A stretch of 64,000 bases of DNA. Origin: Dehalococcoidia bacterium (GTDB lineage Bacteria > Chloroflexota > Dehalococcoidia > Dehalococcoidales > RBG-16-60-22). Positions 50,253 to 59,504 of this stretch are shown here, in pieces. Position 1 is the stretch's first letter. Each line of letters begins with the position of its first letter. The position numbers and the translations under genes are program-made. The notes beneath the pieces are model-generated. The model was not told the origin of the DNA, searched no databases, and worked only from the letters and a program-made list of their open reading frames with translations. The stretch lies in NCBI GenBank assembly GCA_003141235.1, contig PLLL01000092.1:1891-65890 (forward strand), read 5' to 3'.

Positions 50253-51752
50253 ATGACCAATAAATTAAAAACTCTCGACTGGCTGGCGGATGTAATTTAC
50301 CCGCTGATTATTGTCCTCATGGAGACCTTCTGGGTCTATCCCTGGCTGTTCTGGCTGGGCAGCTTTACCGGATTTTCCCCGCCGCGCCCGCCTTTGAGCC
50401 TGACTTCGGTATTCCTTACGCTGGCAGCGGCAACTCTCGCGATACGCCTTTTTCTCCGGCAGAAATGGTCGGTACATCAGGTTCAGGCGGCTATTATCGG
50501 GTGCGGACTGGTCGTTATCCTGCTGGCGCTGGGTTCAGAATACGGCGCCGGCTATGGATTTCTCAGCGGACGGTGGTTTACTTACGCCGGACAGGCGTTC
50601 AGCAATATACTTACCCGTCCTGATACTATAGTTATCGCTTTACCGGCGCTGCTGTACCTTTGGTGGCGGGGTATCGGCCTGGGGCAGATGACATTCAATT
50701 TTAAAAATATCTACCGTTCCTTCCTCCTCGGCATCGCCGCCCTTATCGCGCTGATTATTATCTGGCATTTCAGCACATCATCCGGCGATTTCTCCAAGCC
50801 CGGGGCGGGTATCGGGCTCAATGTCCTCGCCGTCTTCTTCTTCGGCCTGCTGGCCATAGCCATTTCTCACCTCTATACAATGCGCAGTACCATGCCAAAG
50901 GAAGAGGCGGCCCTGACTTCCGTCTGGCGCTGGCTGCCGATAATGCTCACCGTCATCGGCGGCATGATCGTGGTGGTTTTCGTTATTGCGGGTGTTTTTT
51001 CCCCCGGATTTTTCGCCGCCGTCGGAAATATCCTGGGGGCTGTCTTCCACTTCTTGGGGAAGATATTCGATTATGTGCTGGTTCCTGTTAACTTCCTGTT
51101 CGAAGGCATCATCTGGGTGCTGCGGTGGCTGATTAGTTTATTGCGCGGTAACCAGGTTCAGCAGCCCAATAGCTCCGGCAATATGTCTTTGAAGGATATG
51201 TTCCCCGCAACGACCCCGGTAGAGTTATCGCCGATATTGTATGCTGTGATTAAGTGGGTGGTGCTCGCGGTAATTATCGCTGCGGTGATTTTTATATTGG
51301 CTAAAGCCGTCTCCCGCTTTCGCGACCGGCGCGCTGGAGAGGAGATAGAAGAAATCCACGAATCGCTCTTTAGCTGGCGCGGCCTCGGTAACGATTTACG
51401 GGAGCTTCTAGGCATGATGGGCAAAAAGTTCCAGCGTAAAGGTGCGCCGCTGGCCGCAGGTTATCCTGATGATGATGAATCACGCCGGATGGATATCCGT
51501 GAGATATACTGGCACCTGCTCCGGGAAGCGGACCGTTCCGGGCATAAACGCAGCCGCCATGAGACACCGGAGGAATACTCAGGACGCTTAGGCCGGGCAG
51601 TGCCGGAAAGCCGTGAACATGTAACACGGCTCACCGACATGTACACGGGCGTCCGCTATGGAGAAACCGGACTGCCGGAAGAAAAGGTGGATAGCGCCAA
51701 TAGCCTGTGGCGGATACTGCGCGCCCTTTTAAGAGGACTAAGGGGAGAATAG
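50253..51752 (+). CDS. Multi-TM protein with C-terminal DUF4129
   Basis: ETPEEY..RL...LTDMY..VRYG. Confidence 0.8.
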   Translation: MTNKLKTLDWLADVIYPLIIVLMETFWVYPWLFWLGSFTGFSPPRPPLSLTSVFLTLAAATLAIRLFLRQKWSVHQVQAAIIGCGLVVILLALGSEYGAGYGFLSGRWFTYAGQAFSNILTRPDTIVIALPALLYLWWRGIGLGQMTFNFKNIYRSFLLGIAALIALIIIWHFSTSSGDFSKPGAGIGLNVLAVFFFGLLAIAISHLYTMRSTMPKEEAALTSVWRWLPIMLTVIGGMIVVVFVIAGVFSPGFFAAVGNILGAVFHFLGKIFDYVLVPVNFLFEGIIWVLRWLISLLRGNQVQQPNSSGNMSLKDMFPATTPVELSPILYAVIKWVVLAVIIAAVIFILAKAVSRFRDRRAGEEIEEIHESLFSWRGLGNDLRELLGMMGKKFQRKGAPLAAGYPDDDESRRMDIREIYWHLLREADRSGHKRSRHETPEEYSGRLGRAVPESREHVTRLTDMYTGVRYGETGLPEEKVDSANSLWRILRALLRGLRGE

Positions 51753-51862
51753 GGGTGGATTTTAAACACGCCCCTGCATAAACCTCGTCCGCTAAGACTT
51801 TTTAGCCGGATTTTCTATCACGTTAAGTTAGATTCAGGTCGGGTAGCGCCGTCGCGCAGAAC

Positions 51863-52294
51863 CTATTTTTTATCTCCGCCGTACATGCTTTTCGGCCCGG
51901 TGGAGAAGTGGAAAATCGGCCGGTAAAGCTTGGTTACCCTGAGCGGACAGTGCTTCATGCCTTTGGGGATATAGGCTAAGAAAGTTTTCGTCATTACGTG
52001 TTTTTCACCGTCGAGCCATAGCTCGACCTCGCCCCCAAGGTCATGGACATCTTCCGGGTTGGTCCCGAAGAAACCCAGTATTTCATCGAAATCGTGGACA
52101 TGGGCTTCCGGGCCGGGGCCGGTCGCTTTCCAGAACCAGGTGGTAGCCATGTAGAACGCGCCTTTGACAACTTCGGAATCCAGGTACAGCACGCGCTCAC
52201 GCACATCGGTTTCAGGTACATGAGCTTTGTCCAGAAACTGAATCGGGCCTTCGTTCGCTTTTGTCTCGGTGACGATATACTTATCGGTTTTCAT
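51863..52294 (-). CDS. Cupin-like protein
   Basis: HVHDFDE..FFG, YIPKGMKHCP. Confidence 0.7.
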   Translation of the reverse strand: MKTDKYIVTETKANEGPIQFLDKAHVPETDVRERVLYLDSEVVKGAFYMATTWFWKATGPGPEAHVHDFDEILGFFGTNPEDVHDLGGEVELWLDGEKHVMTKTFLAYIPKGMKHCPLRVTKLYRPIFHFSTGPKSMYGGDKK

Positions 52295-52435
52295 ATTTTC
52301 CCGTTCCTTTCGCCGCGATTTCGCCTTATTATCTTTCACGTTTTAACATAAGTATGAAGTTTCTGTCAAATGTAAAAACTCCAGAGGTGCGGATATTTCC
52401 CGGAAATATAATCTTGAACAGAGTCACCGGAAACA

Positions 52436-52465
52436 GAAACTCCCCCTTCTTAAAAGGGGGAGTTT
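52436..52465 (-). terminator. Probable terminator
   Basis: AAACTCCCCCTT..AAGGGGGAGTTT stem downstream of the dehydrogenase gene. Confidence 0.55.
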
Positions 52466-52506
52466 GAATTTAATCGGTGCTCTCTTAAATGAGACGGTCT
52501 GACTAT

Positions 52507-53373
52507 TTATTTCTTATACTCGTAAAAACCCTTGCCGGTCTTACGCCCCAGCCAGCCCAGCGCCATCATCCGGGTCAACAGCGGCGGGGGGGCATACTGG
52601 GGGTCATGCAGTTCTTCATACATCGCTTTTGCCCCGCGATAGACCGTATCGATACCGACGAAGTCCAGCGTTTCCAGCGGCCCCATCGCATGGCCCACAC
52701 CCAGCTTAAAAACGGTGTCGATATCCTCCGGCGTGGCTATACCATCCTGGACCAGGCGGACAGCATTCAGCAGGAAGGATGAGAAAATACGGTTGGAAAT
52801 GAAACCCGGCAGGTCTTTGGTCAAGACTACCGTCTTCCCGATAGATGCGCCGAAGCTCTTGCCGTCGGCAATCGTGGCTTCGCTGGTGGCGATGGTTTTT
52901 ATCATTTCCAGTATTTTGGTGACGGGGACGGGATTGGCAAAATGCATGCCCAGCACCTTTTCGGGGCGCTTGGTTGCACCGGCAATTTCCGCTACGCATA
53001 ATACTGAAGTATTCGTGGCCAGAATTGCGTGAGGCGGGCAGTATTTATCAAGCTGGGTAAAGATTGACTTCTTGATGTTCATATCCTCGGTCGCCGCCTC
53101 AATAACGATATCGATAGCGGAGAAATCGGCCATATTTGTCGTGCCTTTAATGCGGCCCAGGATGGCGCTTTTATCTTCCGCCTTCATTTTCCCTTTTTCG
53201 ACCTGGCGGCCAAGCGCGCCGTCAATTAACTTCAACCCCTTTTGCAGCAGGGCATCATTGATTTCCGAGACAATGACATTGTAACCTGACTGCGCGCACA
53301 GCTGGGCGATACCCGCCCCCATAATGCCGCACCCGACGACGCCTACTTTTTTTATTTCCATTTTCCGAGTCAC
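52507..53373 (-). CDS. 3-hydroxyacyl-CoA (3-hydroxybutyryl-CoA) dehydrogenase
   Basis: GCGIMGAGIA, IEAATED, ATNTS, GMHF.NP, PGFISNR, LGRKTGKGFY. Confidence 0.93.
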   Translation of the reverse strand: MTRKMEIKKVGVVGCGIMGAGIAQLCAQSGYNVIVSEINDALLQKGLKLIDGALGRQVEKGKMKAEDKSAILGRIKGTTNMADFSAIDIVIEAATEDMNIKKSIFTQLDKYCPPHAILATNTSVLCVAEIAGATKRPEKVLGMHFANPVPVTKILEMIKTIATSEATIADGKSFGASIGKTVVLTKDLPGFISNRIFSSFLLNAVRLVQDGIATPEDIDTVFKLGVGHAMGPLETLDFVGIDTVYRGAKAMYEELHDPQYAPPPLLTRMMALGWLGRKTGKGFYEYKK

Positions 53374-53430
53374 CCCCTTTATGCTTTATTTCTTGAGTAT
53401 GGTCACGGCATATTACCGGCTCTTTGTTAC

Positions 53431-54585
53431 TTACCGCATTACAATATTAATGCCGCAAACGCCTCCCTGTAATCCGCTTACCACGCCTCCCTCCATATGG
53501 GCCACGCCGATTTTAGCACCTTTAACCTGGCGTTGTCCTGCCTGATCGCGCAGGTGCCATGTAAGCTCAGCAATCTGGCGTACTCCGCTGGCGCTTAAAG
53601 GATGCCCCTGAGCCAGCAGACCGCCGCTGGGGTTAACCGGGACTTTTCCACCCAGATCAAAGTGCCCTTCCATAAGGAGGTGGGCACCTTCACCCCGCTT
53701 GCATATTCCCATGTCTTCAATATTGGGAATCTCAACTGAAGCAAAGGCATCATGGAGCTCCACGACGTCTATATCCTTAGGACCTATTCCTGCCATCTCA
53801 TAAGCTTCGGCAGACGCCTGCTCGCCCATGGTGGAGATATCCATGTCTTTTGCGAAAAGAGTGTAATCGCCGGATATGAGCGACGTGCCCACCATCCATA
53901 CAGGTTTAGTGGTGTACTGCTTCACTTTGTCTTCAGCGCAAAGTATAACCGCTGCCGCGCCGTCACTAACGGGGCTGACCATCAACTGTGTCAGAGGTTC
54001 ACAGATCATCCTTGAATTCAGCACTTCTTCCAACGTAAATACTTTCTTGTACATAGCGTAGGGATTCAAGCTGCCGTTAATGTGATTTTTAACGGATACT
54101 TGGGCAAACTGCTCGATAGTGGCTCCGTATTTATGGATGTATCGCTGCATTTGCATCGCGCCGTAAGCGGGCATGGAAAGCCCGAGCTCTCCATCTATGT
54201 CTTTCGCAACGATTGGGCCCTTTGGCATACACGTAGTCATCGAATCGACACCGACGGCCATACCGGTATCCCATCTGCCGGTGGCGATTGCATAAAATAC
54301 TTCCCTTACCGCAGTCGTTCCCCCGGCGCAGGCATTTTCTACTCTGGCCATCTCGCGGCTCACAAGTCCGACCTGCATCGCTATTTGTTGTCCCAGACAT
54401 CCCGTATCACCGAAAGCATTGGCGCAGTAAACTCCTTCGATATTCTTGGGAACTATGCCGCAATCTTTAATTGCCGCAAGACACGCTTCCGTGCCGAGAG
54501 CTACAAGACCTTTTTCCGGCTGTTTACCGAATTTGCTCATTCCTACGCCAATAACGGCTACCCGTCTCAATGGTATCTTTTTCAT
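53431..54585 (-). CDS. SCP2/SCP-x-type thiolase
   Basis: ENACAGG, VELHDAF, VNPSGGL..GHPLSASG. Confidence 0.9.
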   Translation of the reverse strand: MKKIPLRRVAVIGVGMSKFGKQPEKGLVALGTEACLAAIKDCGIVPKNIEGVYCANAFGDTGCLGQQIAMQVGLVSREMARVENACAGGTTAVREVFYAIATGRWDTGMAVGVDSMTTCMPKGPIVAKDIDGELGLSMPAYGAMQMQRYIHKYGATIEQFAQVSVKNHINGSLNPYAMYKKVFTLEEVLNSRMICEPLTQLMVSPVSDGAAAVILCAEDKVKQYTTKPVWMVGTSLISGDYTLFAKDMDISTMGEQASAEAYEMAGIGPKDIDVVELHDAFASVEIPNIEDMGICKRGEGAHLLMEGHFDLGGKVPVNPSGGLLAQGHPLSASGVRQIAELTWHLRDQAGQRQVKGAKIGVAHMEGGVVSGLQGGVCGINIVMR

Positions 54586-54622
54586 TTAGTATCCCCTTTC
54601 AATAATCTGCTTCCGCCCTGTT

Positions 54623-55009
54623 TTAAACCGGTCTGAATTTGTAACCGATTACTTCATCCTCACCTTTATCCCATAGTTTTTGAATCAACATTTCCATTTC
54701 CATACCGATTTCGAAAGGTTTCCCTTCGATTTTTTCAAGCACGGAAAAAAGCTTGAAACCCTCCGGAAACTCGACATAACCTGTGGAGAATGGAGCTTGA
54801 AAATGTGCAGAGTTCAGGAAGTTAGTAGTAAAGGCGAAAAGCTTTCCACGCTTGCCCAGTGGTATTGGTTCGAGGTCATTTGAAAAGCAATATTGACAGG
54901 TGATGGTCAGTGGGGGAAGCATATGATGACAGGATTTACACTTATAACCCATCAGGTTACCATCAATCCTCTCGGTAAATAAATTTTCTCTAAGCGGTAC
55001 TTTAGCCAT
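54623..55009 (-). CDS. DUF35 zinc-ribbon/OB-fold thiolase partner
   Basis: CKSC..CQYC, GKLFAFT, IGMEME, YKFRPV. Confidence 0.88.
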   Translation of the reverse strand: MAKVPLRENLFTERIDGNLMGYKCKSCHHMLPPLTITCQYCFSNDLEPIPLGKRGKLFAFTTNFLNSAHFQAPFSTGYVEFPEGFKLFSVLEKIEGKPFEIGMEMEMLIQKLWDKGEDEVIGYKFRPV

Positions 55010-55058
55010 GTACCCTCCTTCCAATTTGATTATTTTTCGCCTTATTAGTAACCTTTAA

Positions 55059-55850
55059 TTATCTACCTTTGAAGTTGGGTTTTCTCTTTTCCAGGAAGGC
55101 CTTCATGCCTTCCTCTTTATCTTCCGAGGTGCTGTCAATCAGCGAGTACATTATCGCCAGCTCCAGGTTGGTGCTGGCATTGACCATGGAAACCTTGTTG
55201 ATGTACCACTTGGAAAGTTTTAAGGCGACCGGGCTCTTGGTGCAGAGCTCGGCGGCCAGTTCCGCGACGGCGCTATCCAGCTTTTCGAGGGGCACGGACT
55301 GGTTCACCAGCCCGATTTCTGCGGCCTCTTTACCGGAGAGGCGCTTACCCGTCAGGACTAATTCTTTGGTTTTGCGCATGCCCACCAGTAAAGATAGCCG
55401 GTAGACGCATCCCCCGCCCCCGAACAGGCCGACATTGATATGCTGGTCGCCGATTTTAGCATCATCGGCGGCGATAACGAGGTCGGTGGCCAGCATCAAC
55501 TCAAAGCCTCCGGCCAGGCAGTGCCCGTGCACCTGCGCGATGACCGGTTTGCTTAAGCCTTCCATCTTTTCCAGCGCCATCTGGTTGCCCAGCCGGAATA
55601 AATCCTGCTGGTCTTGCAGCGTTTTCAGTTCTTCCGAGGCGAATTTAAGGTCGACACCGGCGCAGAAGGCCCTGCCTGCCCCTTTTATCACCACCACGCG
55701 CGTATTAACATCCTGCTCTGCGTCATCCAGGGCCTGGCCTATCTCCAGGAACATCGTCCGGGTCATGGCATTCATGGCCTCGGGGCGGTTTAAAGTAATC
55801 CGGGCGACGCAGTCTTTCTTTTCATAGATAATGGTCTGGAATTTATTCAT
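55059..55850 (-). CDS. Enoyl-CoA hydratase/isomerase family protein
   Basis: ITLNRPEAMNA, AFCAGVDL, GHCLAGGFEL, EGMKAFLEKRKPNFKG. Confidence 0.93.
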   Translation of the reverse strand: MNKFQTIIYEKKDCVARITLNRPEAMNAMTRTMFLEIGQALDDAEQDVNTRVVVIKGAGRAFCAGVDLKFASEELKTLQDQQDLFRLGNQMALEKMEGLSKPVIAQVHGHCLAGGFELMLATDLVIAADDAKIGDQHINVGLFGGGGCVYRLSLLVGMRKTKELVLTGKRLSGKEAAEIGLVNQSVPLEKLDSAVAELAAELCTKSPVALKLSKWYINKVSMVNASTNLELAIMYSLIDSTSEDKEEGMKAFLEKRKPNFKGR

Positions 55851-56015
55851 CGTTTCCACCTCTATAGTGTGGCATTAATCAATCGGGAAATAAAATCACA
55901 TCGTGTTCAAAGATATCAATCAGAAGATACCCCAAACGACAATATTATACCACAGGCACGATTTACTGGCGAGAGCCGATATTATTGGCTTTATTTACAT
56001 TTGGTTGGAAAAGCT

Positions 56016-56194
56016 GCCTCACCCCTAGCCCCTCTCCAGCCTGAAGCCGTATGTTGGAGAAAAATACATTTGGCTGGAGAGGGGAGTATAAAAGAGAGGG
56101 GCGAAGCCCCTCTCTTAACTCTTCCCCCTTTCCGAACAGGATATCTCTGCTCATATCAGATGCTCCGTTTGGAGAGGGGGCAAGGGGGTGAGGC
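56016..56194. repeat. Nested palindromic (MITE/REP-like) intergenic element
   Basis: Outer arms GCCTCACCCCTAGCCCCTCTCC / GGAGAGGGGGCAAGGGGGTGAGGC; inner hairpins CTCTCCAGCC/GGCTGGAGAG and AAGAGAGGGGC-GAA-GCCCCTCTCTT. Confidence 0.7.
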
Positions 56195-56308
56195 TAGGTA
56201 AATGAAATAACTAAAAACAAACGGAACCCTGTTATCATAATACGAACAGGTGTAAACCATTAACAAAAGTGGTAAGCTAATAAAAAACAGCAAGGGAGGG
56301 ATATCAGC

Positions 56309-56758
56309 ATGGCTACAAGAAAATACGAGAAGCACTTTTTCCCCAACCCGTTAATCAAAGGCACCGGTGTTAAACACCGGATCGTCATGCAGGGCAGCAA
56401 GACCGGCTTTGACGGGCTGATGAAAAATTACTGGCTCCGGTGGAACTGCATCACTAAGCCCGTATCTATGGGCGATCCGCATACCCATGATTTCGATGAA
56501 ATTTTCCATTTCTTCGGCGCTGATGCCAGTGACATCTCGGACTTTCAGGCCGTCGTCGAATTTCATATGGGCGAAGAAGATGAAATTTACAGGTTTGATA
56601 AACCTACGATTGTCTACATTCCCAAAGGGCTGAAGCACGCGCCGATTGATATAAAAGTAGTCAAGAAGCCCATTATTTTTATGAACGTTGCCAATGCGCC
56701 CGGTTTCGTTATGCTGGTTGACGGTAAGCCTGTAGTGCCCGATGACATCAAACCGTAG
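56309..56758 (+). CDS. Cupin-like protein, paralogue of 51863-52294
   Basis: HTHDFDEIFHFFG, YIPKGLKHAP. Confidence 0.7.
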   Translation: MATRKYEKHFFPNPLIKGTGVKHRIVMQGSKTGFDGLMKNYWLRWNCITKPVSMGDPHTHDFDEIFHFFGADASDISDFQAVVEFHMGEEDEIYRFDKPTIVYIPKGLKHAPIDIKVVKKPIIFMNVANAPGFVMLVDGKPVVPDDIKP

Positions 56759-56837
56759 CTAACGAGTATGTATTAAAATTTAAAACACATCTTTAAAAGA
56801 CGAATCGTCGCATTCGTCAGAGTAAATGCCTATTGAA

Positions 56838-56867
56838 AGGGGGGTGGGTTTTCCCGCCCCCTTTTTT
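56838..56867 (+). terminator. Intrinsic terminator
   Basis: GGGGGTGGG-TTTT-CCCGCCCCC followed by a T run. Confidence 0.65.
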
Positions 56868-57142
56868 CGCCCCGGAGTAGACCGCATCTTCTGTTTGACT
56901 TAATGTTGCCACTCATATTAATTCTCTCGTTTTCACCCACCCGAATTAAAGATACGCAATATTTATGTTTATCACGCTATTTGTTATCTTAATGAATGCC
57001 GCGATTATTGTGTAATGTTTTTGAGATAACCGGGCCGGATAGTGTGACAAATCCGTGATGGGGATAGTCCATACTGGTATAGTTAGTATCAAACGCTTAA
57101 TTGCGGACAAACAGAAATAATTGAAGGAGCTACCAGGCTAAT

Positions 57143-57730
57143 ATGACACAGCAAAACGCCGCTCCGGAAAAGCCCCCGAAAAAGAAAAAGAAACACATCG
57201 TCGGGAAAATCATTTTATTGGTAATTGTGCTTGTTATCGGGCTGGGAGCGCTTTTATTCTTTAAGGTGCCGCAGAACATCGGCCTGATAAAATCGCCGGC
57301 GGAAAAAATGTTTGCGACGACGCCGGACAGGGAAAAAGCCGCGACAATTATGACCAACCTTCAGCAGGCCGGTCTGAATACAACTGGCGTTGAAGTCTAT
57401 GTGATGCCCGTGGCCGGCACCAACGATAGCGTGGCTTTTGTCGTCCTCGATGCCTCCCTTGGCTTCGATATCAGCGCTTCTAAGTCTGTCGACCCCGTTA
57501 AGGACTTTATAAAAGTAATTTCCGCGGCGCAGGCCAGCGGCGTCAACCGCGCGGCGGTAACCTATTTCAATGAACAGGGGAAAGCATTAATAACGGCCAC
57601 GTTACCCACGGCGGACGCGCTCGCTTTTTCCCAGAACAAGATTACCGCCCAGCAACTTATGAAAAAGGTCGATGTGGGCACGGAAGATACCGCGGCTTTC
57701 GTTAACGAAGTTTTAAAGCAAATTAAGTAA
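57143..57730 (+). CDS. Membrane-anchored hypothetical protein
   Basis: Lys-rich N-terminus followed by one TM helix. Confidence 0.7.
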   Translation: MTQQNAAPEKPPKKKKKHIVGKIILLVIVLVIGLGALLFFKVPQNIGLIKSPAEKMFATTPDREKAATIMTNLQQAGLNTTGVEVYVMPVAGTNDSVAFVVLDASLGFDISASKSVDPVKDFIKVISAAQASGVNRAAVTYFNEQGKALITATLPTADALAFSQNKITAQQLMKKVDVGTEDTAAFVNEVLKQIK

Positions 57731-57748
57731 GCATAAAGCGAGGCTGCC

Positions 57749-58444
57749 ATGCGTCGAACTATTATCGCGCTATTACTATTAATCGTTCTTTTAATGCCTT
57801 TCTTGAGCTCCTGCGATTCGGGCGACCTCCAGTTGCTCATCGACTACGCCAAGATGTGGGCCATGGTTCATGGTATTACTGATTCCGATGGCCATATCGA
57901 TACAGGCGCAGGGTTGCGTTACGTCGCCGGCGACGCTTTAGGATTCGGCACTACCGGGGACAAGGAAGGTGACGCCGTCATCGATTCCGCGCGCACGGTA
58001 AAGGACATCCGGTATGCGGAGAAAGAGGCCAAGCAAGGCTGGAAAGATCTATACGATGGGAAAGAGGTGGCGACTGTGGTTCTGCCTCATTACAACAATG
58101 CAGTAAATACCCGGGACAAAGATTATTCCTACTATAACGAGCGCGGCATTGCCCATTTGATGGATCTAAACGGGTACAAAAGCCAGGAAGCCGCCGATAA
58201 GGATTTCCAGACGGCGGGTGACATGACATACGACCACTCCTATGTTTATGAGACGATGTACAGGCAACGCGCGGAGAAACTGGAACAGTTAGTACAGCAC
58301 CGCGACGAGGTTTATCACGCGGTGCCCAAACGGCTTTACGTGGCGCTTTCAGATACTTACAGTTGTCTGTACCTGCGGACGGGCTGGGCCCAGTACAAAC
58401 AGCTCCAACAACAGGTAGATACCAAGCTTATGGGATACCAGTAA
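57749..58444 (+). CDS. Hypothetical lipoprotein
   Basis: MRRTII..LSSC lipobox-like signal; helical, TPR-like segment YYNERGIAH. Confidence 0.65.
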   Translation: MRRTIIALLLLIVLLMPFLSSCDSGDLQLLIDYAKMWAMVHGITDSDGHIDTGAGLRYVAGDALGFGTTGDKEGDAVIDSARTVKDIRYAEKEAKQGWKDLYDGKEVATVVLPHYNNAVNTRDKDYSYYNERGIAHLMDLNGYKSQEAADKDFQTAGDMTYDHSYVYETMYRQRAEKLEQLVQHRDEVYHAVPKRLYVALSDTYSCLYLRTGWAQYKQLQQQVDTKLMGYQ

Positions 58445-58603
58445 AATATACTGGCGTATAAAAAATTGCAGTAAAAGCGGTAGTGTATCAGTTTGAACTT
58501 AACGATTTGCCTTGCCTGTGCAGGACTTTATTCTCATAATAACAATGACTAACGATGTATTGAATTAAGGCATAGCCGTGCTTAAGCTTATAGCGGGAGG
58601 CAC

Positions 58604-59386
58604 ATGGTGAAGGCTAATACAACGTTACTTCGCAGATTCGTGTCATTGGTAAAATTTCTACCAATCATTGCTTTGATTATTGGCCTGGATGGGTGCGCGA
58701 CCATTAACATTCCGCCAAATCCGGCTTCTGCCCCTATCCCATCTCCAGCACCACCAATATCGTCACCTGTAGTTCCCTCAGCACCCGTATCTACTCTCCC
58801 TGTTGCACCTGCACCACCAATATCGTCACCTGTAGTTCCCTCAGTACCCGTATCTACTCTCCCTGTTACATCTACAACACCAATATCGTCACCTGTCATG
58901 AGACTGAGCACAAATGGCAGTAATCTCGGCACTCAGTTGGACATAAAAGGTGCTAACGTTAAATCGAATGCCATCACACCTACAAAATATGATGATGTTA
59001 TAAATTTCTTAGAAAAAGACGATACATATAAAATACTATATAAGCCGGGTCATTTTGTCTGTTGGAATTTCGCCAAACGATTACAAGACCATGCGGTGAA
59101 ATCAGATATAAGTTGTGCTGTGGTTACGTTAGCATGGGGCACCGGTCACAGAAGTCATGTAATCGACGCTTTTAAGACTGATGAAGGGCTTATTTGGGTA
59201 GACGCTACGGGAAGTCATTTAAAAAAAATAATGGGGCATTTTCAAATACAAAAACCGATGGTAAAAGGCGATAATTATGTGTATGAAGAAACAGGAGGAT
59301 TACCGCCAGAAAAAGTTACTTTAAATGCTGTTACTTATAGCTGGCAAGTGGGAGATTCTCCTCCGGCATCTCTCCGCAATCCTTAG
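58604..59386 (+). CDS. Pro-rich lipoprotein with putative Cys-His-Asp (papain/transglutaminase-like) domain
   Basis: LDGC lipobox-like signal, Pro/Ser repeats, FVCWNFA..SHVIDAF..IWVDAT. Confidence 0.65.
   Translation: MVKANTTLLRRFVSLVKFLPIIALIIGLDGCATINIPPNPASAPIPSPAPPISSPVVPSAPVSTLPVAPAPPISSPVVPSVPVSTLPVTSTTPISSPVMRLSTNGSNLGTQLDIKGANVKSNAITPTKYDDVINFLEKDDTYKILYKPGHFVCWNFAKRLQDHAVKSDISCAVVTLAWGTGHRSHVIDAFKTDEGLIWVDATGSHLKKIMGHFQIQKPMVKGDNYVYEETGGLPPEKVTLNAVTYSWQVGDSPPASLRNP
58748..58896 (+). repeat. In-frame 63-bp tandem repeat (about 2.4 copies)
   Basis: APPISSPVVPSAPVSTLPVAP units start at 58748, 58811 and 58874. Confidence 0.9.
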
Positions 59387-59504
59387 CCATTCACATCAAA
59401 CCGGCATGAATTAGTAACAGAGTATATCTCCAAAAATGAAGTATCGAGTAGCGGAAGTAGCCTAAAGACCTCAAATTGACCCACTACCGTAAAAGCGCCT
59501 GGCT

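Larger units (their letters stand above)
58479..59488. mobile_element. Non-autonomous single-gene cassette with IS1-like terminal inverted repeats
   Basis: Left end GGTAGTGTATCAGTTTGA, right end TCAAATTGACCCACTACC; 8-bp direct repeat GTAAAAGC at 58471-58478 and 59489-59496; no transposase. Confidence 0.9.

Noticed and set aside
58748..58896. 63-bp tandem repeat as CRISPR or a non-coding array
   Set aside because: In-frame coding repeat with no unique spacers.
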